Shown here piece by piece: positions 36,351 through 46,166 of a stretch of DNA of 51,207 nt. Each line of letters begins with the position of its first letter. The first letter of the stretch is position 1. Made by a program: the position numbers and the translations under genes. The notes under the pieces are model-generated. The model worked only from the letters and a program-made list of their open reading frames with translations, did no database searches and had not been told where the DNA came from. The stretch is from NCBI GenBank assembly GCA_001783145.1, contig MFQT01000009.1:1-51207 (forward strand), given 5' to 3'. This DNA is from Candidatus Magasanikbacteria bacterium RIFOXYB2_FULL_38_10. GTDB taxonomy: Bacteria; Patescibacteriota; Patescibacteriia; Magasanikbacterales; UBA10003.

Positions 36351-37361
36351 TTAAATTAAATTTTGTTGAGTGGGTGCTTGAAGACCCAAATGTTTATAGG
36401 CAAGACCGGTCACAATGCGGCCGCGTGGCGTGCGATTAATAAGTCCGCGTTGCAATAAAAACGGTTCATAAATTTCTTCTATTGTTTCTATCTCTTCGGC
36501 TGTAGCCGCGGCCAAGGTATTTAATCCCACTGGCCCACCATCAAATTTGTTAATCATCACTTCCAAAATAAGCCGGTCAATTTGGTCTAGTCCTGCCTCA
36601 TCAATTTCTAACATTTTTAAAGCCTCTCTGGCCAAATCTTCTGTAATAACCCCATCGCCTTTTACTTGAGCAAAATCACGCACACGTTTTAATAAACGAT
36701 TGGCAATTCTGGGAGTGCGACGTGCCGAAGAAGCAATCATTTCTGCGGATTTTTTTTCTAAAGCAATGTCTAAAATTTTGGAACTACGATTTACAATTTG
36801 TTCAATCTCTGGTTCTTCATAATAGTTTAAATGATAAATAGCACCAAAGCGATCCCGCAAAGGGCCAGAGAGCAAACTCATTTTGGTAGTGGCGCCAATT
36901 AAGGTGAACCTATTCAAATCCACTCTTAAAGTCCTGGCGCCCGGGCCCTTGCCAATAATAATATCCAAAGCATAATCTTCCAAAGCCGGATACAAAACCT
37001 CTTCAATGGTTTTATTCATGCGATGAATTTCATCAACAAATAAAATATCACCGGTCTCTAGTGAAGTTAAAATGGCAGCCAAATCACCTACTCTCTCCAA
37101 AGCCGGACCAGAAGTCACTTTAATGTTAGCGCCCATTTCTTTGGCAATGATGTGCGCCAGAGTGGTTTTGCCTAATCCCGGATTGCCATACAACAAAACA
37201 TGTTCAATGGTTTCACCTCGTCCTTTGGCTGCATCAATAAAAATTTGCAAATTACCTTTGATTCTTTCTTGGCCTACAAATTCACCCAAACTTTGTGGGC
37301 GCAAAGTGGTGTCTAATTTAATTTCATCTTCTTTAACTTGAGGGGAAACAACGCGTTCCAT
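36351..37361 (-). CDS. ruvB: Holliday junction branch-migration helicase RuvB
   Basis: 336 aa. Walker [12 protein letters not shown], Walker B LFVDEIH, and [10 protein letters not shown]. Confidence 0.96.
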   Translation of the reverse strand: MERVVSPQVKEDEIKLDTTLRPQSLGEFVGQERIKGNLQIFIDAAKGRGETIEHVLLYGNPGLGKTTLAHIIAKEMGANIKVTSGPALERVGDLAAILTSLETGDILFVDEIHRMNKTIEEVLYPALEDYALDIIIGKGPGARTLRVDLNRFTLIGATTKMSLLSGPLRDRFGAIYHLNYYEEPEIEQIVNRSSKILDIALEKKSAEMIASSARRTPRIANRLLKRVRDFAQVKGDGVITEDLAREALKMLEIDEAGLDQIDRLILEVMINKFDGGPVGLNTLAAATAEEIETIEEIYEPFLLQRGLINRTPRGRIVTGLAYKHLGLQAPTQQNLI

Positions 37362-37446
37362 AATGCTAAATTATAGCAGTTTAAGGATATTTTGGCAATC
37401 AAAAAAATTTGACCGTTTTTTTAAGAGGTGTCTTTATAAGACAGGA

Positions 37447-37866
37447 TCATTTTAGGTCTGTTATATAGGTCTTAACAAACTTTTCTATCGCTTTTACAGT
37501 TTCATCTTTTAATTTAGGATTGCTTTCCGCCACCCATTTTGCAAAATTATACAATTCTTGATTATCCACTTTAAGCCATTTTTTCCTTTTATATAAAAAT
37601 ACGAATAGAGTCGTCATGGCAATTCTTTTATTGCCATTTTGAAAAGGATGATTCTTTATCATCAGATAAAATAATATGGAAGACTGCTCTACCGTTCCGT
37701 GATATAAATTTTTGCCTTGAAATGAATAAAATGGTCCGGCCAGACAACTCTCTAAAATATTTGGAAATCTGGTTCCAAAATCAGGTATCGGTTCATTCCA
37801 AGCCATCATCTCTTTTGCTAAATTGAGTGCCAAAAATTCAACCTCTTTTAAGGTTATTTTTTTCAT
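37447..37866 (-). CDS. doc: Doc-family (Fic-fold) toxin
   Basis: 139 aa. HPFQNGNKR matches the Doc variant of the Fic motif, H-x-F-x-(D/N)-(A/G)-N-K-R. Confidence 0.85.
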   Translation of the reverse strand: MKKITLKEVEFLALNLAKEMMAWNEPIPDFGTRFPNILESCLAGPFYSFQGKNLYHGTVEQSSILFYLMIKNHPFQNGNKRIAMTTLFVFLYKRKKWLKVDNQELYNFAKWVAESNPKLKDETVKAIEKFVKTYITDLK

Positions 37867-37867
37867 A

Positions 37868-38131
37868 TTATTCTTTCCCCAATAACTTTAATGTTTCCCC
37901 GTATTCGGCGACTGTTTTCTTAACAGCTTTTTCAATTTCTTCTTTATCTTTTCGCGTTAGATTATTACCTAAAATTTCCGGCAAATCCTGTTGATTTATT
38001 ACAAAATTTCGACCGATTTTTTCAGCTTTGATCATTCCTTTTTTAACGCGGTTAAAAATCGTGATTCTACTGACGCCCAATATTTTGGCTAATTCTATTG
38101 TAGATAGGTATTTTTTGTTGTTGTTAATCAT
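37868..38131 (-). CDS. HTH (excisionase/MerR-like) antitoxin partner of Doc
   Basis: 87 aa. LSTIELAKILGVSRITIFNRVKKG forms the HTH. Its stop lies 1 nt before the doc start. Confidence 0.7.
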   Translation of the reverse strand: MINNNKKYLSTIELAKILGVSRITIFNRVKKGMIKAEKIGRNFVINQQDLPEILGNNLTRKDKEEIEKAVKKTVAEYGETLKLLGKE

Positions 38132-38136
38132 ATGTT

Positions 38137-38162
38137 AGTATCTTAACATATGTTAAGATACT
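38137..38162. promoter_or_regulatory. Perfect 26-bp palindrome; candidate toxin-antitoxin operator
   Basis: AGTATCTTAACAT|ATGTTAAGATACT lies 6 nt upstream of the antitoxin ATG. Confidence 0.6.
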
Positions 38163-38229
38163 GGTCAAATATTAAACCCGAAATTTTATCCGCTTACTTT
38201 AAACAAATTTTTATGCTAAACTTAACTAC

Positions 38230-39039
38230 ATGAAACCAAATAAACCTAAAATTGGCCTGGCCCTGGGTAGCGGCGGATCCAGAGGTCTTGCTCATATTGG
38301 CGTAATAGAGGTGTTAGAAAAAAACGGCATTACCATTGATTATATCGCCGGATCCAGTGCTGGAGCAGTGATTGGCGGAATTTACTCCGCCACCAAAGAC
38401 ATAAAAGTTGCCAGAGAACTGATATCCTCCAACACTTGGAGAAAAATTTTTGATTTTCTAACTGATTTTGCCGGCTTTAATGGTGGAATTATCAATGGCA
38501 AAAAAATGGCTGACTTTTTAAGAAAAAATTTAGCAGCTAAAGATTTTAAAAATTTGTTAATTCCCTTTTGCGCAGTGGCTACGGACATAGAAACAGGAGA
38601 GACAGAAATTATTAATACAGGCGATTTTGTTTCCGCCCTGCAAGCCAGTTTTTCCATTCCTGTATTATTTAAACCCTTGCGTCGTGAGGGAAAATTATTA
38701 GTTGATGGCGGTTTAAGCCAGCCCGTCCCAGTGCAAGTGGTTAAAAAAATGGGTGCAGATATTGTTATTGGGGTTAATTTGGATCATTATCTGCATCAAC
38801 CCAAAAAATATAAAACGGTACATATCCCTTCTTTGATAGGACCACTCTTAGATATTGCCCGTTTTCATTTGGCGGAGAAAGATTCTAATTTGGCAGATAT
38901 AATAGTAACGCCACACATTCACGACAATACTTTACTAGGAATAGAACACTTCTTAGACGGTAAAGATTTTATGGAAGAAGGACAAAAGGCGATGCAAAAA
39001 AAGATGAAAGAATTAAAACAGTTCATCACGCAATTTTAA
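38230..39039 (+). CDS. Patatin-like phospholipase
   Basis: 269 aa. GSGGSRG oxyanion motif, GSSAG nucleophile elbow, and DGG catalytic Asp. Confidence 0.88.
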   Translation: MKPNKPKIGLALGSGGSRGLAHIGVIEVLEKNGITIDYIAGSSAGAVIGGIYSATKDIKVARELISSNTWRKIFDFLTDFAGFNGGIINGKKMADFLRKNLAAKDFKNLLIPFCAVATDIETGETEIINTGDFVSALQASFSIPVLFKPLRREGKLLVDGGLSQPVPVQVVKKMGADIVIGVNLDHYLHQPKKYKTVHIPSLIGPLLDIARFHLAEKDSNLADIIVTPHIHDNTLLGIEHFLDGKDFMEEGQKAMQKKMKELKQFITQF

Positions 39040-39066
39040 AAGCAGCTAAAAAGCTGCTTTTTTTTA
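39038..39066. terminator. Bidirectional terminator between patatin and tRNA-Leu
   Basis: AAAGCAGC-taaaa-GCTGCTTT followed by TTTTT. Confidence 0.65.
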
Positions 39067-39071
39067 AATCT

Positions 39072-39156
39072 TGGTGCCGCTGGCCGGACTCGAACCGGCA
39101 TGCCTTGAGGGCGCTACATTTTAAGTGTAGTGTGTATACCATTTCACCACAGCGGC
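39072..39156 (-). tRNA. tRNA-Leu(UAA), CCA encoded, long variable arm, no intron
   Basis: GCCGCTG/CAGCGGC acceptor, anticodon arm CTACA-CTTAAAA-TGTAG, and T arm CCGG-TTCGAGT-CCGG. Confidence 0.92.
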
Positions 39157-39213
39157 AAGTAGCTATATTAAACCAAAAAACTTTCCAATCGTCAACTCTT
39201 TTAAACACCCTGT

Positions 39214-40944
39214 TTAAAGCCTTTTATCTCTAGCCCATTTTAACAATTTTTCCAATGGCCACGTGTTGATTACATCTTCCTTTTTAACCCAAGCACGCCT
39301 GGCTGTACCAATTCCGAGCTCTAAAAATTGAAAGTGACTGGGATGATGGGCATCTGTATCAATGGCGATTTTTACTCCCCTAGCCACGGCTTGCCTAATA
39401 TAGATATCTTTTAAATCCATCCTATCGGGAAAACAGTCTAGCTCCAAAGCCACATTATTGGCCTTGGCGGCCTTAATTATTCTTTCCATATCCAGTTCAT
39501 AAGGTTCGCGGCGATTGATTAGCCTACCAGTAGGGTGAAACAAAATATTTAGCAAAGGATGTTCAAACGCCCTAATAATTCTTTTAGTCATTTCTTCTTT
39601 TTTCATCTTAAAAGAGGAATGTACAGCCGCGCTGACAATTTCCAACTTAGCTAAAGTAATATCATCAATATCTAAAGTCCCATCTTTGTTAATGTTTACT
39701 TCCGCGCTTTTGATAATTTTAAAATTTTTATTTTGTGCATTTAACTTATCAATTTCTTTACACTGCTCGGCCAAACTCTTTTCATTTAAACCATTAGCCA
39801 TTGCCAAACTTTTGGTGTGGTCGGTAATGGCAATATATTCTAAACCATATTTTTGCGCCGCCCGGGCCATTTCTTTTATAGAGACAGTGCCGTCAGTCCA
39901 ATTAGTGGTAGTTTGCAAATCACCTTTTAAGGATCCAAAAGGAATAATTTTGGGAAGTTTCCGCTTCTGCGCCGCTTCAATTTCTCCACTATCCCTGCGC
40001 AATTCAGGAGCCGGACAATCCATTTCTAACTTTTCATAAATTTCTTCTTCTGTTTTGCAGGCGATATTTTTTGTACCCTTAAACAAACCATACTCATTCA
40101 ATTTGTATCCTTTTTTTATAGCGATCACTCGCAACTTAACATTATGATTTTTATCTCCGGTAAAATATTGCAAGGCGGCGCCAAAAGACTCGGGTGCAAC
40201 CACGCGCAAATCCGCGTCCAACCCAATTTTAAGGCGCACTAAAGTTTTGGTTAAGCCCTTAGCATAAACGCTTTGCACCTCTGGCAAATTGGCAAAAACC
40301 TCCATTACTTTTTTAGGATGGGTGGAAGTAGCGAGCAAATCTATATCCCCCACAGTTTCTTGGAAGCGTCTAACTGACCCTGCAACCACCACTTTTTTTA
40401 CTCCACTAACTGCGCTAAGTTTACTTTCAATTTCTCTAACCAAAGGTAAAATATGCCCCAAAGGTACGCGTCCGGTGGATTTTTTTAAAAATTCAATTCC
40501 TTTTTTAATATTTTCCTCACTTTTTTGACCAAATCTTTCTAAGTCTGCCACCTTTCCCTGCTGCACTGCTTTTTCTAGATCTATCAAATTCTTCACCCCT
40601 AATTTTTCATAAAGTTCCTTAACTTTTTTTGGCCCCAAACCTTCCACCGAAGACAATTCTTCAATATCTACAGGAAAACTTTTACGTAACTTTTCGTATT
40701 CGGTGATTTTTTTGGTTTTAATGTATTCTTCAATATGATCGGCCAGACCTTTGCCAACCGCCGGAATTTCTAGTAAAGCCTTAACACCGCCAATGTTATA
40801 CAAAGCCAAAACGTCTTGGTTTAAATTTTCTAAACTTTCAGCGGCTCGTTCGTGAGCGCGGGGTTTAAAAGCCACGCCTTGAACTTCTAGAATAAAAGCG
40901 ATGTGGCGAAAAATTTTTGCGATTTCTTGATTTGTATTATTCAT
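39214..40944 (-). CDS. polX: Family X DNA polymerase with a C-terminal PHP domain (PolX)
   Basis: 576 aa. HhH motifs, GSVRRFQETVGDIDLL catalytic aspartates, and PHP His-rich blocks (ITDHT, HPTGR, DTDAHH). Confidence 0.9.
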   Translation of the reverse strand: MNNTNQEIAKIFRHIAFILEVQGVAFKPRAHERAAESLENLNQDVLALYNIGGVKALLEIPAVGKGLADHIEEYIKTKKITEYEKLRKSFPVDIEELSSVEGLGPKKVKELYEKLGVKNLIDLEKAVQQGKVADLERFGQKSEENIKKGIEFLKKSTGRVPLGHILPLVREIESKLSAVSGVKKVVVAGSVRRFQETVGDIDLLATSTHPKKVMEVFANLPEVQSVYAKGLTKTLVRLKIGLDADLRVVAPESFGAALQYFTGDKNHNVKLRVIAIKKGYKLNEYGLFKGTKNIACKTEEEIYEKLEMDCPAPELRRDSGEIEAAQKRKLPKIIPFGSLKGDLQTTTNWTDGTVSIKEMARAAQKYGLEYIAITDHTKSLAMANGLNEKSLAEQCKEIDKLNAQNKNFKIIKSAEVNINKDGTLDIDDITLAKLEIVSAAVHSSFKMKKEEMTKRIIRAFEHPLLNILFHPTGRLINRREPYELDMERIIKAAKANNVALELDCFPDRMDLKDIYIRQAVARGVKIAIDTDAHHPSHFQFLELGIGTARRAWVKKEDVINTWPLEKLLKWARDKRL

Positions 40945-41428
40945 ATTTTACCCAGCTACTTCCCGCAATAGCAATCGCCAAAGCATCGGCCGCATCATCT
41001 GGTTTAGGAATTTCTTTTAAATTAAGCAAGGTTTTGACCATTTTTTGAATCTGTCCTTTTTCCGCCCTACCAAAACCAGTGACAGACTGTTTCACCTGCA
41101 AGGGAGTTAGTTCTACTACCGGCAGGCAACACTCCTCAGCCACCAAAATAATAGCACCGCGCGCCTGAGCTACGTTGATGGCGGTTTTTAAATTCTTAAA
41201 AAAGAATAATTCTTCCAAAATTAAACTGTCCGGCTGATGTTTTTTTATTATTTCACGCAAAACGCAAGAAATTTCTAAAATACGTTCTCCTATACTTTTG
41301 GTTTTAGAAGTTTCCGTAGAACCGTAATCGATCATTTTAATTTTAGAACCAATTGATTCTATCACTCCGTAACCCATCCTGTGGAATCCCGGATCAATAC
41401 CTAAAATCTTTTTAACTTTACCAGCCAT
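40937..41428 (-). CDS. ruvC: Holliday junction resolvase RuvC
   Basis: 163 aa. ILGIDPG, a catalytic acidic set, and a C-terminal DAADALAIA block. It overlaps polX by 8 nt. Confidence 0.92.
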   Translation of the reverse strand: MAGKVKKILGIDPGFHRMGYGVIESIGSKIKMIDYGSTETSKTKSIGERILEISCVLREIIKKHQPDSLILEELFFFKNLKTAINVAQARGAIILVAEECCLPVVELTPLQVKQSVTGFGRAEKGQIQKMVKTLLNLKEIPKPDDAADALAIAIAGSSWVKYE

Positions 41429-41501
41429 ATTTACTTTTATATTTAAGCAACAAGTAAGTAAATTACACCAAAATTATACCATAATTTTTAAATCAAAAAA
41501 A

Positions 41502-41519
41502 ACCGCTCCCTTAGGAACG
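41502..41519 (-). terminator. Terminator after yebC, followed by an extended -10 promoter for ruvC
   Basis: Minus strand reads CGTTCC-taa-GGGAGCG followed by T8. TGGTATAAT lies at 41481-41473. Confidence 0.5.
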
Positions 41520-41527
41520 ATTTTTCT

Positions 41528-42229
41528 TTAAGCTTCACTGGTGTAGTAATTTTGAACATCATCTGCCTCATCTAAATCTTCATATAATTTTTCCAATTTA
41601 CCATGAACTGTTTCATCAACTTCCACAGGCTCTTTAGCCACCCACTCCAAACCTTGATATTCCGGTTTTAAACCCATTTTTTCCAAACCTTCTAATAAAT
41701 TCTGAAAATTAGGCACTTGAGTATAAATGGTTAAGCCACCATCTTCTTCTTTAATATCCTCAGCTCCCAAATCAATCAATTGTAATTCCAAATTATCATT
41801 TTTAGAAACATTCAAACGTACCACTCCAAACCTGGTAAACTGCCACCCCACAGTCCCGCTTTGGCCTAAAACTCCACCATGATCATCTAAAAGTTTACGC
41901 AAATCATTAAAAGTGCGATTTTTATTATTAGTCACCGCCTCAATCATAATGCCAACTTTTCCCGGACCCAAAGCTTCATATAAAGCCTCTTCCAAAGCCT
42001 CACCCTCGCCAGAAGCCCTGGCCAAAGCGCGATCAATCGTATCTTTGGGCACTCCGGCGGCTTTGGCAGAGTCCAAGGCCATACGCAACTTAAAATTCTT
42101 AGCCGGATCTACGCCTTCGCGAGCCGCTACCGCAATACCCCTAATAAACTTGGTAAAAGTAGCGCTTTTTTTAACATCAGCAGAAAATTTTTGATTTTTG
42201 ATTTTTGACCATTTGGAATGTTTGGACAT
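41528..42229 (-). CDS. yebC: YebC/PmpR-family transcriptional regulator
   Basis: 233 aa. HSKWSKIK N-terminus and family-typical length. Confidence 0.9.
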   Translation of the reverse strand: MSKHSKWSKIKNQKFSADVKKSATFTKFIRGIAVAAREGVDPAKNFKLRMALDSAKAAGVPKDTIDRALARASGEGEALEEALYEALGPGKVGIMIEAVTNNKNRTFNDLRKLLDDHGGVLGQSGTVGWQFTRFGVVRLNVSKNDNLELQLIDLGAEDIKEEDGGLTIYTQVPNFQNLLEGLEKMGLKPEYQGLEWVAKEPVEVDETVHGKLEKLYEDLDEADDVQNYYTSEA

Positions 42230-42240
42230 ATTTTTTCTTT

Positions 42241-42270
42241 AAAAACCCCTCCACATAAGGAGGGGTTTTT
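42241..42270. terminator. Terminator after rpoC
   Basis: AAAAACCCCTCC-acataa-GGAGGGGTTTTT. Confidence 0.7.
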
Positions 42271-42273
42271 ATT

Positions 42274-45200
42274 TTACTTTTTTCTAAACCCGGTACCGGC
42301 TGGAATCTGGCGACCAATAATAACATTTTCTTTTAAGCCTTCCAATCTATCCACCTTACCGGTGATAGCCGCATTGATTAATACGCGAGCCGTTTCTTGA
42401 AAAGAGGCAGAGGAGAGGAACGAATCGGTAGACAAGGAAACTTTGGTAATGCCCAAAAGTAATTCATCTCCCTCGGCCATCTTGCCGTTGGTTTTTTTAA
42501 CACGAGTATTTTCGTCCAAAAAGGAAGCGCGTTCCACAATTTCGCCCGGCAATAATTCTGTATCTCCAGATTGAGTAATATAGACTCTAGAAAATAACTG
42601 TTTGATGATTACCTCAATATGTTTATCATTCAACTTCTGACCCTGGGAAGAATAAATATCCTGAATTTCATCTTTAATATACTTTTGTACAGCTTCTTTG
42701 CCGCGCAACTGATAAAGTAAACTCAAGTCTAAATGCCCATCAGTCAACTGATCGCCCACTCCAACCAAGTCGCCGGTTTTTACCCACAAAACATAACCGC
42801 TGGGAATAATGTATTCATTTTCACCTTCCACTTCGCCTATAATTTTAACTTTCTTACCTTCCACCACGGCATTACCGGGCCGAACGGCTTTTATTTCTGT
42901 GCCATCCTTTTTAGTAATCAGCAAAGCATTTCCTTTAACCGCGGCGCCATTTTCCACTGCCACCGTATCTCCTTTGCCAACATCATAAACAGATTCGCCA
43001 ACATCGGCAAATTTAATTTTAATAACTTTTTGACCAAAGCGACCTTCAAAAATCTTTTCCCCGTCAGGCCCTTCTATAATTCTTTTTTCCACCGAAGCAA
43101 TTTCCACGCGGCCGGCCACATCGGCAATAAAGGCTTTTTTCTTAGGCGGACGAATTTCAAATAATTCTTCCACGCGAGGCAAACCTTGAGTAATATCTTC
43201 ATCGGAAGCCACGCCACCGGTATGAAAGGTGCGGAGTGTCAGCTGTGTACCAGGTTCACCGATAGATTGGGCGGCAATGATACCTACAGCGGTGCCAAAT
43301 TCTGCCGGCTGGCTCTTGCCTAAATCATAGCCATAACATTTTTGACAAACGCCCTTGGCTAAGCGGCAATGCAAAACGCTTCTAACTTTTATATCATCCA
43401 CTTTGGCTTTATCAATTTCTCTAGCCTGCTTTTCATTAACATATTCATCCTTTTTGACAATGGCTTTTTTGGTTTGAGGATTAATCACATCATGCAAAAC
43501 TACGCGGCCAAAAGCGCGGTTGCCGATTTTTTCACCAATTTCTTCGCTATCTTTAATTGTTAACATCACGCCTTCATCCGATCCGCAATCTTCAGCATGA
43601 ATAATAATATCTTGAGCCACATCCACCAAGCGGCGAGTCAAATAACCGGCATTGGCGGTTCTAAGAGCCATATCAGTCAAACCTTTTCTGGCACCGTGAG
43701 TGGAAATGAAATATTCAATAACATCAAAACCTTCCTTAAAGCTTCCCTTCACCGGCAATTCTATAATTTTACCGGCCGGGTTGGTCACCAAGCCTTTCAT
43801 ACCAATGACCTGGGTAAGCTGTCCCCAAGAACCGCGGGCACCGGATTCAATAATGGAAGAAACGGAGGAGTAAGGATCCAAAGCAGTGCGGCTGATTTTT
43901 ACCACCTCATCTTTAGTTTTTGTCCAAACTTCAATAATTTTAACATGTCTTTCCTGATCGGTCAGTAAACCTTCCGCGTACTGTCCTTCAATTTCCGCCA
44001 CTTGTCTATCACCCTCATCAATAATGGCTTTTTTGGCAGTCAGTTTAGGAAAGTCATGCATATTCAAAGAATAACCGGATTTGGTAATGTATTTGTAACC
44101 TAAAGTTTTTATTTGATCCAACATTAAAGCGGTTTTTTCAAAACCAAACATTTCCAGAGCGGTCTTTACAATTTCACCTAATTTTTTTACCGGCACAATT
44201 TCATTGTAATAAGGCATACCATCGGGCAAAACCTGATTAAATAAAATTCTACCCATGGTGGTCTCAATTAAAGATTTGGTATCTTTGGGAAATTTGCTTA
44301 AATCATCAAAGCGCACTAAAATCTTTTGCTGTAATTTAATCTGGCGCAATTTATAGGCCATTTCCGCTTCTCTAATGTTGGTAAAAGATTTTAATTTATC
44401 GGCGGTAAGCCTATCATCAAGTGAAGTAAGATAAAACACACCCCAGGCAATATCCTGTTTAGGAGTGACAATGGGGGAACCTGTGGCTGGTTTTAATAAA
44501 TTTTTAGTGGAAAGCATAATCTCCTTAGCCTCGTATCTAGCTTGTTCGGTTAAGGGAACATGCACAGCCATCTGGTCTCCATCAAAATCCGCATTGAAGG
44601 CGGTACAAACCAAAGGATGCAAACGAATAGCCTTGCCTTCCATTAAAATTGGCCTAAAGGCCTGAATACCCAGGCGATGCAAGGTTGGAGCGCGATTCAA
44701 CAAGACAAAGGTATCTTTAGTGACTTCTTCCAAAATATCCCAAACCTCGTCATGATCGGCTTCCATAAATCTGGAGGCGGAGCGCACATTATGCGCCAAA
44801 CCTCTTTCAATAATTTTGCTCATGACAAAAGGTTTGAACAATTCCAAAGCCATGCGTTTAGGCAAACCACATTGATCCATATTTAATTCCGGACCTACCA
44901 CAATAACCGAACGGCCGGAATAATCGGTTCTTTTACCGAGCAAATTTTGTCTAAAGCGGCCTTGTTTGCCTTTTAGAATATCTGCCAAAGATTTTAATTG
45001 GCGTCTCTGGCCGGTAGAAGCGGCCACTGTCTTACTTTGCCTCGCGCTATTGTCAATTAAAGCATCCACGGCTTCCTGCAACATTCTTTTTTCATTGCGG
45101 CAAATAATTTCCGGGGCGTTTAATTCAATCAATCTTTTTAAACGATTATTACGATTCAAAACTCGGCGATACAAATCATTCAAATCAGAAGTGGCAAAAC

Positions 45201-46140
45201 GACCGCCATCCAAAGCCACCATAGGACGTAAATCCGGTGGAATAACCGGCACAGTGGTCATAATCATCCATTCCGGCCTGATTTTATTACGGAGCATGCT
45301 CTTAAAAAGCTTCAAACGCTTAACTAATCTTTCTTGTCTTGCCGGTGGAGCCTCTTTAATTTCCGCAGATAATTCTTCAATGGTTTTTTCCAAATTAATT
45401 GTGGCCAGCAAATCCCTTACCGCTTCACCGCCAATACCGGCTTCAAAAATATGACCGTAACGCAAAGACAGTTCCTGATATTCAATTTCTGATAAAACAT
45501 TTAACGGCTCTATTTTTTTAATTTCCGCTTGAGCAGACAAATAATCGGCTTCTAAAGCGGCTAATTTCCTTTCTTTTTCCTGCAACATTTTTTCTTCTTG
45601 CGCCTTGGTGCCGGCCGTATTTTTAATTTTAGCTTGAAATTCATTTTCTATCTGTTTGCGTTTGTTTTTATATTCTTCTTTCAATTTCAAATCGGTTTCT
45701 TGTTTTAAATTTTCATCAACAGAAGTAATGATAAAATCCACAAAATAGATAACGCGTTCCAATTTTTGAAGTGAAACATCTAAAACCAATCCTAATTTGG
45801 AAGGAGTGGAGCGCAAAAACCAAATATGAGAAGTGGGAGAAACTAACACAATATGTCCCATTCTTTCACGACGCACTGAAGAGTGCGTCACCTCTACGCC
45901 GCATTTGTCGCAAATAATTCCTTTATAGCGAATCTTTTTATATTTGCCACAATAGCACTCCCAATCTTTGGTAGGGCCAAAAATTTCTTCGGCAAACAAG
46001 CCGCCCTTTTCCGGATTTTGCGTACGGTAGTTAATGGTTTCCGGCTTGGTGACCTCCCCATAAGACCATTCTTTAATAGTCTCGGGTGAAGCCAGTTTTA
46101 AACGGATGGCATCAAATTCTAGTAAGGTATCTTTAAACAT
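42274..46140 (-). CDS. rpoC: DNA-directed RNA polymerase beta' subunit
   Basis: 1288 aa. Zn-finger CYCGKYK...CDKCGVEV, catalytic NADFDGD, and bridge-helix/trigger-loop blocks. Confidence 0.98.
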   Translation of the reverse strand: MFKDTLLEFDAIRLKLASPETIKEWSYGEVTKPETINYRTQNPEKGGLFAEEIFGPTKDWECYCGKYKKIRYKGIICDKCGVEVTHSSVRRERMGHIVLVSPTSHIWFLRSTPSKLGLVLDVSLQKLERVIYFVDFIITSVDENLKQETDLKLKEEYKNKRKQIENEFQAKIKNTAGTKAQEEKMLQEKERKLAALEADYLSAQAEIKKIEPLNVLSEIEYQELSLRYGHIFEAGIGGEAVRDLLATINLEKTIEELSAEIKEAPPARQERLVKRLKLFKSMLRNKIRPEWMIMTTVPVIPPDLRPMVALDGGRFATSDLNDLYRRVLNRNNRLKRLIELNAPEIICRNEKRMLQEAVDALIDNSARQSKTVAASTGQRRQLKSLADILKGKQGRFRQNLLGKRTDYSGRSVIVVGPELNMDQCGLPKRMALELFKPFVMSKIIERGLAHNVRSASRFMEADHDEVWDILEEVTKDTFVLLNRAPTLHRLGIQAFRPILMEGKAIRLHPLVCTAFNADFDGDQMAVHVPLTEQARYEAKEIMLSTKNLLKPATGSPIVTPKQDIAWGVFYLTSLDDRLTADKLKSFTNIREAEMAYKLRQIKLQQKILVRFDDLSKFPKDTKSLIETTMGRILFNQVLPDGMPYYNEIVPVKKLGEIVKTALEMFGFEKTALMLDQIKTLGYKYITKSGYSLNMHDFPKLTAKKAIIDEGDRQVAEIEGQYAEGLLTDQERHVKIIEVWTKTKDEVVKISRTALDPYSSVSSIIESGARGSWGQLTQVIGMKGLVTNPAGKIIELPVKGSFKEGFDVIEYFISTHGARKGLTDMALRTANAGYLTRRLVDVAQDIIIHAEDCGSDEGVMLTIKDSEEIGEKIGNRAFGRVVLHDVINPQTKKAIVKKDEYVNEKQAREIDKAKVDDIKVRSVLHCRLAKGVCQKCYGYDLGKSQPAEFGTAVGIIAAQSIGEPGTQLTLRTFHTGGVASDEDITQGLPRVEELFEIRPPKKKAFIADVAGRVEIASVEKRIIEGPDGEKIFEGRFGQKVIKIKFADVGESVYDVGKGDTVAVENGAAVKGNALLITKKDGTEIKAVRPGNAVVEGKKVKIIGEVEGENEYIIPSGYVLWVKTGDLVGVGDQLTDGHLDLSLLYQLRGKEAVQKYIKDEIQDIYSSQGQKLNDKHIEVIIKQLFSRVYITQSGDTELLPGEIVERASFLDENTRVKKTNGKMAEGDELLLGITKVSLSTDSFLSSASFQETARVLINAAITGKVDRLEGLKENVIIGRQIPAGTGFRKK

Positions 46141-46166
46141 ATTTTTAGATATAGATTTTTATATTT

